This document shows positions 23,330 through 36,162 of a stretch of DNA of 64,000 nt, one piece after another. The first letter of the stretch is position 1. Every line of letters starts with the position of its first letter. This stretch comes from Penicillus capitatus. Lineage: Eukaryota > Plantae > Chlorophyta. The translations under genes were made by a program, and so were the position numbers. The notes beneath the pieces were generated by a model. That model saw nothing but the letters and a program-made list of their open reading frames with translations. It was not told the DNA's origin and ran no database searches. The stretch spans positions 325,949-389,948 of the forward strand of contig OZ287698.1 in assembly GCA_965649825.1 (NCBI GenBank), written 5' to 3'.

Positions 23330-26300
23330 TTACGCTTGGATGACCTCAGGTGTAATTGCCAGAGAGTCGACATTTGTCACTATCCAAGCGAGATTTTGGT
23401 AATAGTCAGCCTCTGCCTGTTGATCAGCCCGGAACCACTTTTCGAGCACTCGGTCTCCTGGGCCGGAGGCAGAAGCAAAAAGAAGCGCATTGATGTTGGA
23501 AGGCACATCCAACGTCGTTCCCTCGTCTCCATCCGATTTTGCACCATCCTTGTTTCCGCCACTCCCGCGCATCATTCTCTGTTCTGTGAGGAGTTTTCTC
23601 TCTGAAGTAGGGGGTGGGGGTGGTCGTTGGGGATGGGGTCTTTGATGATCTAAGCACTGATGAAGAAGATTGTCTAGGAAGACATTCGCGGCAGACATTC
23701 TGCCGACATCATTGGACGTTGATTTTCCATTGAGGGCGTTGGGTGCCCGTGCTAACCTTTCCGCTTCTCTCTTATTATTCGACTTGGAAATCTTCTCAGC
23801 CAGTGTCAGTTCAGATGCAAGAGACTGCTCAGTAATCGACCAGTATTCGTCCCAGAACTCTTCAACGGGATCTGTTCGTGCTGAAAAAGCAGCTCTCATC
23901 GAAATGGACTGTCCTAGTCGATGAATACCACCCTTCTCCACATCTGCTGGAGTTGAAAGGCTTCTGTGTGTTTGATTAGAAGGTTTGTCGCAAGCGGGTG
24001 GTTCTCCGGAACGGCGACGCAGGCCACTAAACCATGAACGGCGCTGCAATGGTGACATCTCGGTGTCAGGAGTCACGCGCTGGCCCTTCTCTACTAATCC
24101 AAAAGTTGAGTCACTCGGTAACGAAGAACCAAATTCCTGTGTCGTACACTTCTTTGATCGTGAGGGACGATCTGAAAGCGCTGTTAGTTTGCTGGGACGA
24201 CTGCGGAGCGACTGTATTGCAGAGCTTGCTCTCATAGAGGTGCTCGATGACGGGCTACGACCAACAAGGAAAGAATCAGAGAATCTCTCATTCTCCATGC
24301 CACATGGCCCCATACTTCCTGGGTCTGTCATTGCCTCTTGGCGTTGTAGACGAGCAAGTGTTTTCTGAAATGCAAGGCGCGATCCGCCACGTTGCCTTCG
24401 GTTGACACCGTCGTGCAAACGAACTTCGATGACAGGGTTGACAGCAAGCAATTCCTCAAAACTATCCAGAACGGGTGCCTTTGACGCAGGCAGTTGGAAT
24501 TCTTTCTCTTCCTGTGTTGATCGAAACCAGAAATTCAGACTCCACCCCGAGGATGATTCTTTACTCGTCTGCTCAGATGCGAGCTTAGATTCCGGGTCTC
24601 CTGTTCTGCTGATCACAGGAACGGGGAAAAACTCAATCTGAGAGGCTTTCAGAGATGCCTTTGCCATGACTGATCACACAGACACGTCACATCAGGCAAC
24701 ACATCCACAAAGAGAGAGAATCTCACAGTTGTCATTGATGATGGATGGGCGCGTGCCCAGCGACGCACTCGGTCTCAGTGCAAAGTTTTGAAGCTGCTGT
24801 TCCCAGTCGACACCGCAATGAAGCAAATAATCGGATTCCAATTCCCAAATATTTGCTTTGTCATGTTGCGGAATGAAGTGTCCCAGAAATAGATTGATCG
24901 CATCCTGCTTCTCAGGATCAGAAACAGCGTTGCTGTAGTACCGTCTAAACCACACAATGCCACAAGGAATGTTAGAGGAGAGCTCCGGAAAGAGGGATGG
25001 TGAGGGACTTGATCGAACGCAGGAGCTCTCGTGATTGTGTTGCTGCCCCAGAGTCCCCACGCATCCGTTCAAAGAAAGTCCCATGCGCTTCGGAGCCACC
25101 GTACTGTAATGCCAAGACATTTCCCATGATTTCATACATCTGCATCAACTGATATGCCATTGAACAGTCAGGATCCAGCTCGTTGGAGGCGAGCAGCCCC
25201 AAAGAGCAGAGCTGATATCCAAGCGCCGTCAGTCCATACATGTACTGTGAGATGTTGGTGCGATCTAAGCAATCGATGCAATTGCAACGGAGAATCCCTT
25301 CCTGCAACTGGGGTTCTGCCTTCTGCACAGATTGTGTCATTGCCGGTGAGATCATGCAGAATCCTGTGTACTCCACAAAAGACCGCATCATCGGTTCTGC
25401 TTCCTTCAACAGGCAACGTTCATCTTTTCGCACGTTTGCTTTGAAATCCCACGGAACGTAAACGATGTCTTCTCCGTAGTAATGTTTGTTGAGAAAGGAA
25501 ATGGCTCGGCTAAACTCTTTGCGGAGAATGGTCTCACGCGGCTGTCGTTCCTGACTCTTGACGAGATTCATAACCACAACCGGAGCGCCGTATCGTGCAA
25601 ACAGGTCTTCAAAGTGTTTGCGGGTGGCCTCATACAGAGGATCTATATTGTACAGCTGAATATTGGGACGCGGGTTAAGTGCCGATGTCCCTTGCCCCCA
25701 AAACAATGGAATTGACCCACGCAGCTGCACAGCAAACAACCCATCAGCAATAGCCCTTATGATCGTGCTCTCTATACCTGGACAACCGAAGCGAGTGAGG
25801 GAATGCCAGAGTGAGTGAGATTCTGTAGACTGACAATCTGTTCTGTTTCCACTTCATTTGCAACCCATCCGAATTGGTTGATGCCTCTCTTCAGATACCG
25901 AGTTCCGGCGAATCTTCTCGATCTCCGCGCAATGAGAGTGAGTTGCACAATTTTCCCAAAGATTGAAAGATTTCTCTGTTGCCACGATCCATGTACCAAA
26001 GGCAACAGCCACTTGTTATCCCTCAGTTCGTGGCGTAAGTCGCGCGTCAGATACTCATTCCAGACAAAGATGCATTCGAATGGATCTGCCCTCTCTGTAT
26101 GTGTGAGATTATGTTGGACGGTGTGTGAGACGTGGTAGGTGTAGCTGAAGAAGAAGTCTTTTGTTAGATCCACACCCGAAAGCAGCAGCTTTCTGTAGCG
26201 CCGCTCGGCATAACTGTCCGGACAGCCGCCACCACTCAACGGTATCAGCGTCGTATCTGCTACACCATACACCGTGTGACCCGCCAAAGATCCCAGCGCT

Positions 26301-26728
26301 TTTCGCTTCGTAATTAGCAGCAGATAGTAGCCCTCGAGGAAACGAAAGCATCCCAGAATGCCAAAAGCCTAAAGAGGGATCCGTCTGTGCCAATATCGTT
26401 TCCGTAACGGAGGCGTTACTTCGCAAAGGAGTTGAAGTCCTTCCTCGTTCGGATCTGCGTGTTTCCGCTGGAAGAGCGATTCGACTTCCGTCGGAGTGTA
26501 TGTTCGTTCGTCTTCAGCAACATGAAGCCGCTTTGGATGTTGTTCTTGTGTTTTGGGGAACGTTAGTAGACGACAACGTGTCTCTTCGCCATAGTATCCG
26601 AGCATGTAGTACGCCTTTTTGGATTCATATAGCAGCATGCGTTGCAACACTTCCGGGTCAACGGGTCGCAAAACTGTCCACGTGCGGGGCTTCCTAGTGG
26701 GCGGTGTGTCGAGACCAAACAACGTCAT
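23330..26728 (-). CDS. SAC-domain phosphoinositide phosphatase, FIG4/SAC1-5-like
   Basis: DLTKDFFFSYTY, LIARRSRRFAGTRYLKRG, VANEVETEQ, RGSIPLFWGQ and the catalytic CIDCLDRTN. Confidence 0.9.
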
Positions 26729-26838
26729 CGTCGTTTGTGTGTAACGAGGCGGGAATAGAAAAATTCAAAAGATACGGAGCCAAACCGTTAAGGCCTGACC
26801 TCGTATGACACGATGCGTCTATGTGGTGATGTGACGTG

Positions 26839-27987
26839 TTAGTTGGACGGCGAGGCAGCGCCCACGTTCAATAGCATGTTGCCTGTACTCGGCAGATAGA
26901 TGACATTACGGCTCTTGCCCATCGTCTCGGCGACCTCTTTGGCAGCCTCGATGCGACGCAGTTCGACGAAACCGGGGCCGGCGCGAGCGGTGGCTTCAGA
27001 GATGAGCTTTGCAGCTTCACTCTCGCCCTCGGCCCGCGTCACAGCGGCGATCCTTTCCTGCGTGCGGAATATGATGTGACGTCTGTGATGTGACGTATCG
27101 CACTTGATCGGCTCGCAACACCACGAATTTCATCCGCTCTGCCTCCTGCTCTGCCACTTGTTTCGCCTCGACGGCTTTGGTGAACTGTACATGCATCATC
27201 TCTCACACTTCTCACTCTTTTCAAACGCACCTCGGTTCCAAAAGAGAGATGCGTAATGGACACATCGTCCAAGAGGATGTTGAATTCTTTGGCTCGTGCC
27301 GTGAGACTCGCCCGGATCTATTCAAGATCAAAAGTGTGAGATCCATCACACTTCTGAAATGACAGCTCACCGCTTGAGAGACTTGTTCTCTCTTTGTGAT
27401 CAGATGCTCCGCATTGTACTGGGCCACGATCGCCTTGACCACTTCCGTTCCGATGGACGGCAACACTCTCTCATCCCAGTCCAGCCCCAACGTCTACTCA
27501 GATCACACATTTTTCGAACGTGTCGTGCAGAGAACGATCACACTTTAAAAATGAGTGGCAGCGCTTCTCTGTTGGGTTTGGAAAGCACACGCACTGTCAT
27601 GTTCACCATCTGGAGATCTGTGCAAGCACTAGGATGGCATCTCTTTCGGAGAAGAGGCCTCCCGTGCCTTTGGTTCCGGTGACGGATGATAGAGATCTGG
27701 GGCGGGTGCGGACGTCCATCACATAGGGACGCTGTAGCACAGGGATCAGAAAATGCGTTCCTTCTCCTGTCGTTTTGGGCAACACGCCGCGAAAACGATC
27801 AAAAAGAACAGCCCTTTCGCCGCCGTCAACTGAATGGATACATCAACGCGTGACCTCGATCGTCGTCTGCCTCACCTGTATAGAGCGACGTCTGCAGGAC
27901 GCCAGCGAACAGTCCGAGTCCCACGGAATATTTCGCCAAGTTGTTGAGAAGTCGTGCCAGAGCTTGAGCTGCTTGATTGTTTGCCAT
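26839..27987 (-). CDS. Prohibitin (PHB1/PHB3-like)
   Basis: [59 protein letters not shown] and [17 protein letters not shown]. It includes one GC-AG intron (27618-27667). Confidence 0.93.
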
Positions 27988-28053
27988 CTCTCAAACCAAT
28001 CGTCGCTGCCAAATGTCAACATCTGAGACATTTTCCCGTTTTACGGATCGGCG

Positions 28054-29281
28054 ATGCTCAACTGTACTATTGTTGAGGGATTGCTATATCTCTACTGGAT
28101 TCTCTGCTCCTCAGCTGCCCTTATCGCTCTACAGAACTGGCCATGGACGCAGCTTTTTCGGTAAGAGTGAGAGAACGTAGATGAGAAGCGAAAGAGTGAG
28201 ATTCTAGTCGAGCTGTTCTATTGTCGGCAGCAAGAGGAAAGACGTGGTCCACAAGGGACAAGAATCTGTCGGTCTTCTCTGTACCGTCTCTTTCCTCTGA
28301 GTTGTAAATCAAAAGGGATCGCCCTGTGTGGATGAAGGACTGGTCGGTGCCTCAGTTTTGCTTTTGGCATTTCTATGCTCTCGGGACAGCAGTCAGCTCA
28401 GCTCTCCTGTTCTGGTCGCTACAGAATCGATCCGTAAGCATCGTGAGAGAGCACGGATCGGATCGGACTGAGCTCAATATGCCGATCGTGCTGCTCTTTC
28501 TCTTTTGGATGCACGTGGTGCGGAGATTACTCGAGACATGTTGTCTGATGAAGTATCCGGCTTCTGCCAAAATGCATCTGTTTGCATACCTCTATGGAAT
28601 GAGGTCACTCACTCTTTTTTACCAAAAGAGTGACGTTGTGTCTGTGATTTAGCTACTACATTTCGGTGCCGGTTTCTGTAACGCTACCGTCTCTCTGTGC
28701 ATCAACAAACATGAGAGTCATGGACATCGCAGAAATGGTCACCCAAATAAGGACAGTCAATGAACGCCGCAAAATTGAAACGCTGTTTTTCGTGATGGTA
28801 TCTCACTCTTTGCATTTTGCATGATGGTGCTACGATACCCCAGGGCATCATTCTCTTTCTCATGGGATCCTGGATTCAGTTTCGCTCACACTATCACCTT
28901 GCACATTTGCAGACGGGGAATGGAAACAAAGAAGTGTATCTCATTCCCAAAGGTCCGTCAACTAGCTCACTCGCCTACTGCATATGATGTGACATCCTTC
29001 TTCTTTTAGGCGGATGGTTTGAGTACGTATCCTGTCCGCATTACTTTGGAGAGATTTTGATCTACTGTGGATTCTCGTTGCTGAGTGGATGGCGACCATT
29101 GGTACTGCTCATCAATACATGGGTGGTATGTATTGTCTTTCGATCTCTGCTGCACCGCCGCTCTGTGTGTCCGTAGTTGCTGAATCTCATTTTGGGTGCT
29201 CGGGAGATGCATCGATGGTATATCCGTCGCTTTACAGAGTATCCGGTACATCGCCGCGCTCTGATTCCGTTTCTCTACTGA
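28054..29281 (+). CDS. Polyprenol reductase (SRD5A3/PPRD)
   Basis: VPQFCFWHFY, HVVRRLLE...AKMHLFAYLYG, YLIPKGGWFEYVSCPHYFGEILIY and HRWYIRRFTEYPVHRRALIPFLY* (TGA at 29279-29281). Confidence 0.9.
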
Positions 29282-30656
29282 GTAACAGTGCCGAATTTCA
29301 GAACTTCGTTTCCCCAAGCCATCCATCCCGGAACGATCTCCCTCGCAAACATCTCCAGACATCGCGTCTCCCGTTTTCCAATCAGAAGATCTCGCAACAG
29401 CAAATGCATCGGCGGTTTTCGAGAGTGCTCTCGCCGAGAATCCACGATCACAACATCCCGCGGCACAGCGTCTAGCATTGCCGAAGGTACCGATACAGGA
29501 ACCGTGAGAAACAGACGTTCGTATGGACGATGATGATGATTATCGAACGAACTGATCACCTGCCCACGCCCATCGATCTTGATCCAATACCTCCGCCAAC
29601 ACATACATTCGATCCTGGACACAGGACGGGCGAGGTACACCATGTCGCAATGTGTTTGAGCTGCCACAGAGGAAGCTGTTGTTGAAGGAAGTAGTCTTGC
29701 AGCTTCATTCGGTTCGTCATCCAGAAACATACAAAGCTGATCTGAACATCCAATAGATATGTGCATCGATACGCGGAGAAAGAGAAGGGTACGGTATCAG
29801 AGGTGTCCAGTAGCTGTGTGAAAGGAAGGCGATTGAGTTGCCTGTTTGGAAGGCTGCGATAAGGATGTTGCCGGTGAACACTCTTGTTCTCCCACGGCGG
29901 ATCGACCAGTACCAATCCAAACTGCCCCTGCTCCTCGGCATCTGCCTTTCAGCTTTTCTCCGTGCGAAAACGGATGTGACGTCAACACCTTTCAGTAAGG
30001 GACCGAGTCGTGCGATGTCGGAAAGAAGGAAACCAGATTTCGGTGGCATGGAGATGAGACACTGATAGGCCTGACACGCAACCGTCACATCATCATCGTT
30101 ACGGTGCACCTTGCCAAAGAGGTCTGCCCATCTTCTCACATATTTTGATGTGACGGGCATCTATTGAAGAGCACCTTGTTCATCGCTCTCTCCACCGAGC
30201 TTACGGAACTTGGGTTTGACACACCCCTTCATCTTCTCCAACGCCGGCCAATCCACAAAATCCTGTTCCGGACATTCACCTTGTGCCACTTGACCAGGCA
30301 GTTCATTGCAAGTGCCATTGCTGTCGATCCAGCAGGACAATGTGTGAGAGTGCCCTCCATTTCTCACTCTTTCGTCTTCAAACACCTCAAACGCTCTCAA
30401 CAAGAGTGGCATGATGACACGGTGCTCTGCGTTCGCTCTCTCTTCCTGTGCATTTGCTTGGTACTCTTTCCCTCTCTTTCTTCGTCTCTTTACGCACCGT
30501 CCCTTCATGCAGACCCGTGAGGTAACGATGTGACTGGCGAACGCATTTGACGACTGACCATGTGCGTCTTCGGTACGTCCGAGAGATTTACCTCTCGGAT
30601 CTTGGCGTCGAGCTGTCGCCGTCAACGTTGGCCGGTCGTCTCAACAACGACGTCAT
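29275..30656 (-). CDS. METTL4: MT-A70 family N6-adenine methyltransferase, METTL4-like
   Basis: Catalytic VDPPWENKS, FWMTNR, W.W.KI...G, HHRPYERL, HSRKPP and LEMFARE..PGW..WGNEVLKF. The start is inferred from a spliced ATG at 30656. Confidence 0.85.
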
Positions 30657-30692
30657 TCGTCGTTAACTACTGTGCGTTTAATGTACTAACGG

Positions 30693-31766
30693 ATGCGAGC
30701 CGAGTCTCGGAGTGACCTGCCAATGTCGACGGCACATGACTTCCTATTTACTCCTCAGGTCCCAGCCAACGCATTTTCCCGCCATTCTCAAAACCCGCTG
30801 TCATTTCAGGTATACCGACCGAAGATCACGCATCGAAGACGAACAGCGCCGAGCAATGTCACGCGCGATACGCTCGAAGAAAACGATGAACAAGAGCGAC
30901 AGCGTTGGAATCGACGTCTCGCTAGATACCAAATCTACAACCACGAGCAGTTCCACCACACTCGAGTGAATGCTTCGCACAGATATCGACCGATAGAGGA
31001 GGGGGGCGATTCTGTAGCCGCTTGAACGGGGAAGGACGTTTTGGGATAACTGGAAGATCGTCGACAAGAGTCGGGGGAAATACGAAGCCGCACAGGAGTA
31101 TCGGCCACTGAACCCAATACTCAACACCCTTGACAACTATCCAAAGCCACCTCCATCTGGAAAGTACGCCTGTGTGTCTGCTTCGCCCTTGCCTGCGAAG
31201 CTCCATCGTCAGAGGCCGTGTCAAGAGAACGGCAGATCCCAGTCCAGTCCTTGTACCGTGGATGGAGGAAGAGGATCGTCCGCTTAGCGATCCGACCGTC
31301 TCGGAGCCCATCGTCGTGCCTTACCGTCCGCCAACGTCGTTACGAAGTGCTAACTTGCGTTTCGGCGATTACGATCCGATTAGGTCGATCAACGCTTTAC
31401 TCGACATCGTCTCTGTGCATCGTGTGCACGACTACAGATGCGATTGGATTGTGGAACCGGAGGATTGTCGACGCCGTGATGACGCGGGCTATCTTCCTCT
31501 CAAAGGTCACATCACTTATCGGATCGTTCACCGTGATGCGCTTGCACCGGACGGTAGGGAGAAGGCACGTGATCGAAGGAGTGAGCATGGGGATTGAGAG
31601 CAGAGAGGAGGATCTCGCTGTGCGAGGGGGCAAGAAGAAAATACCCTTGCCGGCCGAACAGGGGATCTACGATCCGATTAAGAATGCCTGGCTGGTAGCG
31701 CCAGAGAATAAACAGATCTGCGTCGGGCTGGCATTTGCGCCGGTACCGAAATATCATTTTCGTTAG
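30693..31766 (+). CDS. Hypothetical protein, multi-exon
   Basis: Open frames joined by plausible roughly 50-nt GT-AG introns, with repeated short YDPI motifs. I recognised no family. Confidence 0.5.
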
Positions 31767-31786
31767 AGCACAAGCAGTGATGGATG

Positions 31787-32966
31787 CTACAGCGTTTTAA
31801 CATCTTGTACGGCAGATACGCGGGTTCCTCGCCATTGGGGAGCGTCAAAAACGCACGTGCCTTCTAGCAATATCTGTTGGCCAGATTCGGACGCCGCCTT
31901 GCAAATGAATACATGCCGACCGTGCGACGCAATGTCGGCACATTCAATGACCTTGCCATGAATACCGCCTGTACGACGCAAAGGCAGATCGAGCGCTATG
32001 TGTCGCGATTCTGTCGGCATGACCTGTGGTATCGTGTGTCTGGGTCGTGAAATGCACCTGCGATGCATCGCCATCCGCATACCATTCACCATCTAAGCAT
32101 CACACAAAGGCGTCACCCTTATGAGACATGCCAACGATGTTTAACTCTCATGGACGAAGATCTGACGAATGAGTTGTGCGTTCTCCTCTTCCGGCGAGCG
32201 ATCGTAGAGACCGTCTACGTTTGTCTGGACATCGATGCCGTCGACGTCAAGACTGAGGGAGGTTTTGTGGGAGACGGACCAGAAAGACGACGTACTCTGG
32301 TTCGAGTGCGGAGGCGAGATGTTTGATGATGACATCGCCACTGCTCACAAAACAGCGACGGTCACACTTCTCACTCTATCTGTCACATCACCTGAGAATG
32401 GTACACCCTTGCTTCTCGTCCAGAATACAGTCGCCATGCAGCACAGGAACGAATCCCGCTTCCAGCAGCGCCGCGATTCCGTCGACGGATCCGTCAGCGA
32501 CCTGCCACGTGAACTGCGCTGAGTTAAGGCGCCGTCGATCCGTGTGCCTCGCCTGGCGATTCGACGTCGTCCAGAAGCCACACGGGGAAACGCCGACGGC
32601 CGGAATGCCGTTGTCGATCAAGGCAGACACCACCATCGTATTGAGCTTTCGCACCGAATTCCTGAACCACAGCGGCCAGTCATAGCGATCCGTTCGATCT
32701 CCAACGACCCACCGCGTTTCGACGAATCCTGTTCGAACGGCGGCTTTGTGAACGCCGCCTCGATCGACGCCGGTCCGACTGGCCTGAAAATGCCCGAACG
32801 ATCCCGCGCCGTGCACGACGACAAAGTCTGCCGTCGAGTTCTGAGCATAGACCTGCTTCAATTGCTCCGCGACGTCGCAAAGGACGGATCCGTTGAGTGT
32901 CTCGAAAGAGGCTTTATCGGTTACAGCAGCCCCTCCCAATTTCACGATGAATCGTATGGCAACCAT
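31787..32966 (-). CDS. IPK: Isopentenyl phosphate kinase (amino-acid-kinase family)
   Basis: IVKLGGAAVTDK, VVVHGAGSFGHFQA, GFVPVLHGDC, ILSGDVII..L, TNVDGLYD and HDTTGGI..KV. Confidence 0.88.
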
Positions 32967-33427
32967 ATAAACACGGCGCAAGTCATTCAAGTGACCTTCA
33001 GTCTCTCGATAAGATTAGAAAACGACATGTCCCATGCGATATAACCGACTCCTGTTGAATCCTCTCTTCGGATGGCCTTGATCCGTCCTGTCTACGAGAG
33101 TGGTATTGGTCGGTGATGAATGTATACTGTCTACGAGCGACAAATCTCGATACTGCTCATGAAAATAGCTCCTATGCCCGAAAACGCAACCCAAACGCCA
33201 TCACATACTTCACACCCTTCATGTCTACATGCATTGCGCCGTACTTTGATTTATTATTCAGCAAGTGGGTATTACACTGCAAAGGACGGTCCAGGAAGAT
33301 AAAAATGTACAGTAGTAGATAGAAAGGTGAGGAAATCACGCAGGACAATCACAACTAAGACTTGAGTCATGAGTACGTTGCGGTGAACGGAATGGTGTCT
33401 CGAGCTGTGGCGCATCCATGCTATGGT

Positions 33428-33835
33428 TTATTGATCGTTTGAAAGATCCCCTCTCGACTTCGCTCGCATGATGGTACCGGAGGCAGCGACTTCCACAACG
33501 AATTCCTCTTCCTCTGTCGTGGCGTCGTTGGTCATCGTCCCCACGACAAAATCTTGAGGCTCAGTGACGGGTTCTCGAACACCGGTCTCCGAATCTGTTG
33601 TCTCGTCATCTTCTTCGGAGGACGGCTGGGTGCTGCTCTGTTCTTCGTGTTGGGGAGCATGCTCATCGAATTGGCTGTAGATGTGGACACCATCTTCGCT
33701 CGTGTGACTGCTCTCAGATGCAAATTGCGGTTTCGTTTCCTCGTTATGGACTGGATTATCGCGAGGTTTTGCCTGGGCAACGGGAATGGACGGCTCTTGC
33801 GAGCGGCGTCTCTCAGAACAGCAAACCGCTCCCAT
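33428..33835 (-). CDS. Small acidic hypothetical protein with an N-terminal MGxxCC acylation-type motif
   Basis: A 135-aa ORF with a genuine ATG, MGAVCCSE..., followed by a Glu/Ser/Thr-rich disordered body. Confidence 0.55.
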   Translation of the reverse strand: MGAVCCSERRRSQEPSIPVAQAKPRDNPVHNEETKPQFASESSHTSEDGVHIYSQFDEHAPQHEEQSSTQPSSEEDDETTDSETGVREPVTEPQDFVVGTMTNDATTEEEEFVVEVAASGTIMRAKSRGDLSNDQ

Positions 33836-34607
33836 CCGTTCGGGTCGTCTCTACACGGGACGAATGGCAACGAAGAGACGTTGTGCAGCGCACTGCGCGA
33901 AATGGCGTTAAATAACGTCTTGATAAGATGTAAGCCGCAAAACGCGTTTGCCTCGATGGCCGCGTCTGGATTGGTGCGCAGCGACGAACGTTTAGGAATC
34001 TTTGAGATTCCAGCAAGGCTCTGAAGGTTCAACCGCTGAGTTTTGTCATGTACATTGCAAATGATGATTCGGAAACCGTCGTCCATTGGTGGACTTCGAC
34101 AACCGGATGCCACCCATTCGGCTTTGCATCTCGTTTCATCAGAATCGTCCTCAAACATCACGGCTCTACAAATACCGCGCGTTGCTTATCTGCGGAACCG
34201 AAGGCGAAGTGTCGCGGCGGAGACGACGTCGTGAGCTGAAGGAAGACGCTCTCCAAACCGAAGGCCTTCCGTTGTGTCGTGCCCAGATCGTAGACATCGG
34301 CCAAACACGGCGACGGGACTGTGGCGCTTCTCATCCGCATCGCGGTCTGTCTATCTCAAGCTTGTCTGCAGGTCACTTAACGGTTGGGCGAATGGTGTCG
34401 TCTCGTCGCATTGGGAACTCTTTATGAACAATCGACCATTGAGCGGCATCTTGACAGAAAAGAGCTACTCTACTCATCGCAGTAACAACGTACACACACT
34501 CAAGCAGTGTACATCATAGCCAGAAACAATTCTGCAACGGACCGTTGAGGCAATATACGCAAACGCATGAGCTTGATAGGGAGAGAGAGATATCAAGTGT
34601 TTATTTT

Positions 34608-35105
34608 CTACCCGCCACCTGCGCTCTCTCCTGCTGCTGGAATGCATGTTTCGGTTACGTCAATGTGGCTGACAGTACTGTGATGCAGCCCAGTTTCCGT
34701 CAGTCCAGCTGTTCCGACGACGTAGCTGAAGTAGGACCAACTGGAATCGGACTCCAATTCACTCCTATGGCGCTCTTCCATCTGCTCCCCAACAGCACCT
34801 CTCTGATAAAACAGTGGATGGACGAATCCAGCTTCGCATGGTTCGTCTGTCGAGCGGTGCGCCCCAGGAGGCATGGCAGGTCGGTCATGTGACCCAGATG
34901 GACGTGGAACGGGGCCGTTTTGTCGGGAAGTGGGCATTGGATTGACAAGACAGTGCCTACGGTTAGGAATAGCCGCCTCGTATCGGTGTCTTTGTGGATA
35001 GGATGGTTTCTCTCTTTGGGTGACGACTCGACGTGGCATGTGATCCGACCAAGAATCTGAGCAACGCGCTTTGTGCGTATTCCCTTTGAAACAGACGGAA
35101 CCCAT
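34608..35105 (-). CDS. Hypothetical protein with an N-terminal MGxxC motif
   Basis: ATG at 35105 gives MGSVCFKG... and about 165 aa of low-complexity sequence. The 3' end may be spliced. Confidence 0.4.
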   Translation of the reverse strand: MGSVCFKGNTHKARCSDSWSDHMPRRVVTQREKPSYPQRHRYEAAIPNRRHCLVNPMPTSRQNGPVPRPSGSHDRPAMPPGAHRSTDEPCEAGFVHPLFYQRGAVGEQMEERHRSELESDSSWSYFSYVVGTAGLTETGLHHSTVSHIDVTETCIPAAGESAGGG

Positions 35106-36162
35106 GTTGTCTCGCGATGATACGAATGCCGGTCTATCGCAAATGACGCAATGCCACACTGCCTTGTCTTTGACTGGATGAAGTGCGGCGAGGAATTCTT
35201 GAGAAGGGATTTGGAAAACCGTCGTCCTGCGGTCCGTTGAAGCTAAGGTGAGGCACACGGCAAGAAAGGGCGGCAGAATGAGAAAAGGACGCGAGATGGT
35301 ATCGCTGCACGTCTGTAAAGCGGTCGCTATGGTCGTACGGCGACTTTTGTTGACCAACCGGTGTTTACGCCTGCAAGCTGTACCGTTTCGCTGCCGCGTG
35401 TGCGACAGCGCGGCACATGTCAAGGAGATCTTTATCGCCTGCGTTTGCCGCCGACGCCTTGTCAGTCCATACCCGCGACATGAATCTCCATCGCGATGCT
35501 TTAACAGAATCAGACGCGCGTGCATCAATTCTTCACTTTTGCAAACGCACGTCGCTGTCGGACAGGAAAGACAGACTCGACGATATATACCAGCTGGCAG
35601 TATAAGCGATGGGTAGGCCACAGGTAAAATGCACAGACTACAGAGAATCCTTCCAGGCATACATTGAAGCCACTGTCTGTCTTTTCACTCTCTCTCTCTA
35701 CTGACAGGCGCCCCAGTGATCGACATCTCAGTAGTTTAGGCAGCAGACTGTGTGGGAGTGAAGTGGTCTGTGTCTGTGATGATGGACGACGTGGATAGCG
35801 TCTGTTCAGATTGCATCATGTCGAGCATCGTTGCTTTCCTTCGCGCCCTGCGCTATTCTTGTGATGGGACGGCGTTAGGTGTCGTCGGTACCTGTTATTC
35901 GTTGCTTCGATCGTTCAAGTATCTCTTCGATGAGCGTCCTGCCTCTCCTGACCTTTCTGGTCCTACTCCTCGCCCGACACATCTACCTACGTTGGTACGT
36001 TCGCCCTCTTCCGACACAAAGACGCTGCCCTTCGAAAAAGCGCTCCAAACGGAGGAAACGGGTAAGCTGAGGGCTCTTTCGTGAGCAGCCGCTCCTTTGG
36101 TCGTTCATCCTGTGCGTTCGTTCGGATTGAAGAATGATCGATTCTTCGTTTTGCACGACGAA

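Noticed and set aside
28054-32966. Isoprenoid biosynthetic gene cluster (PPRD plus IPK)
   Set aside because: There are only two genes, separated by unrelated METTL4 and a hypothetical gene. Chance is adequate in such a dense genome.
33532-34427. ORFs 33532-34161 (-) and 34048-34427 (+)
   Set aside because: They have no motifs, overlap other frames, and I could not build a coherent exon chain.
35106-35660. 5' half of the 350-aa ORF 34608-35660 as real coding sequence
   Set aside because: It has no recognisable domain and atypical composition. The internal ATG at 35105 is a more credible start.
35752-36084. Small membrane protein upstream of the exonuclease
   Set aside because: A hydrophobic-then-basic frame exists (35879-36070), but there is no clear start, homology or splice support.
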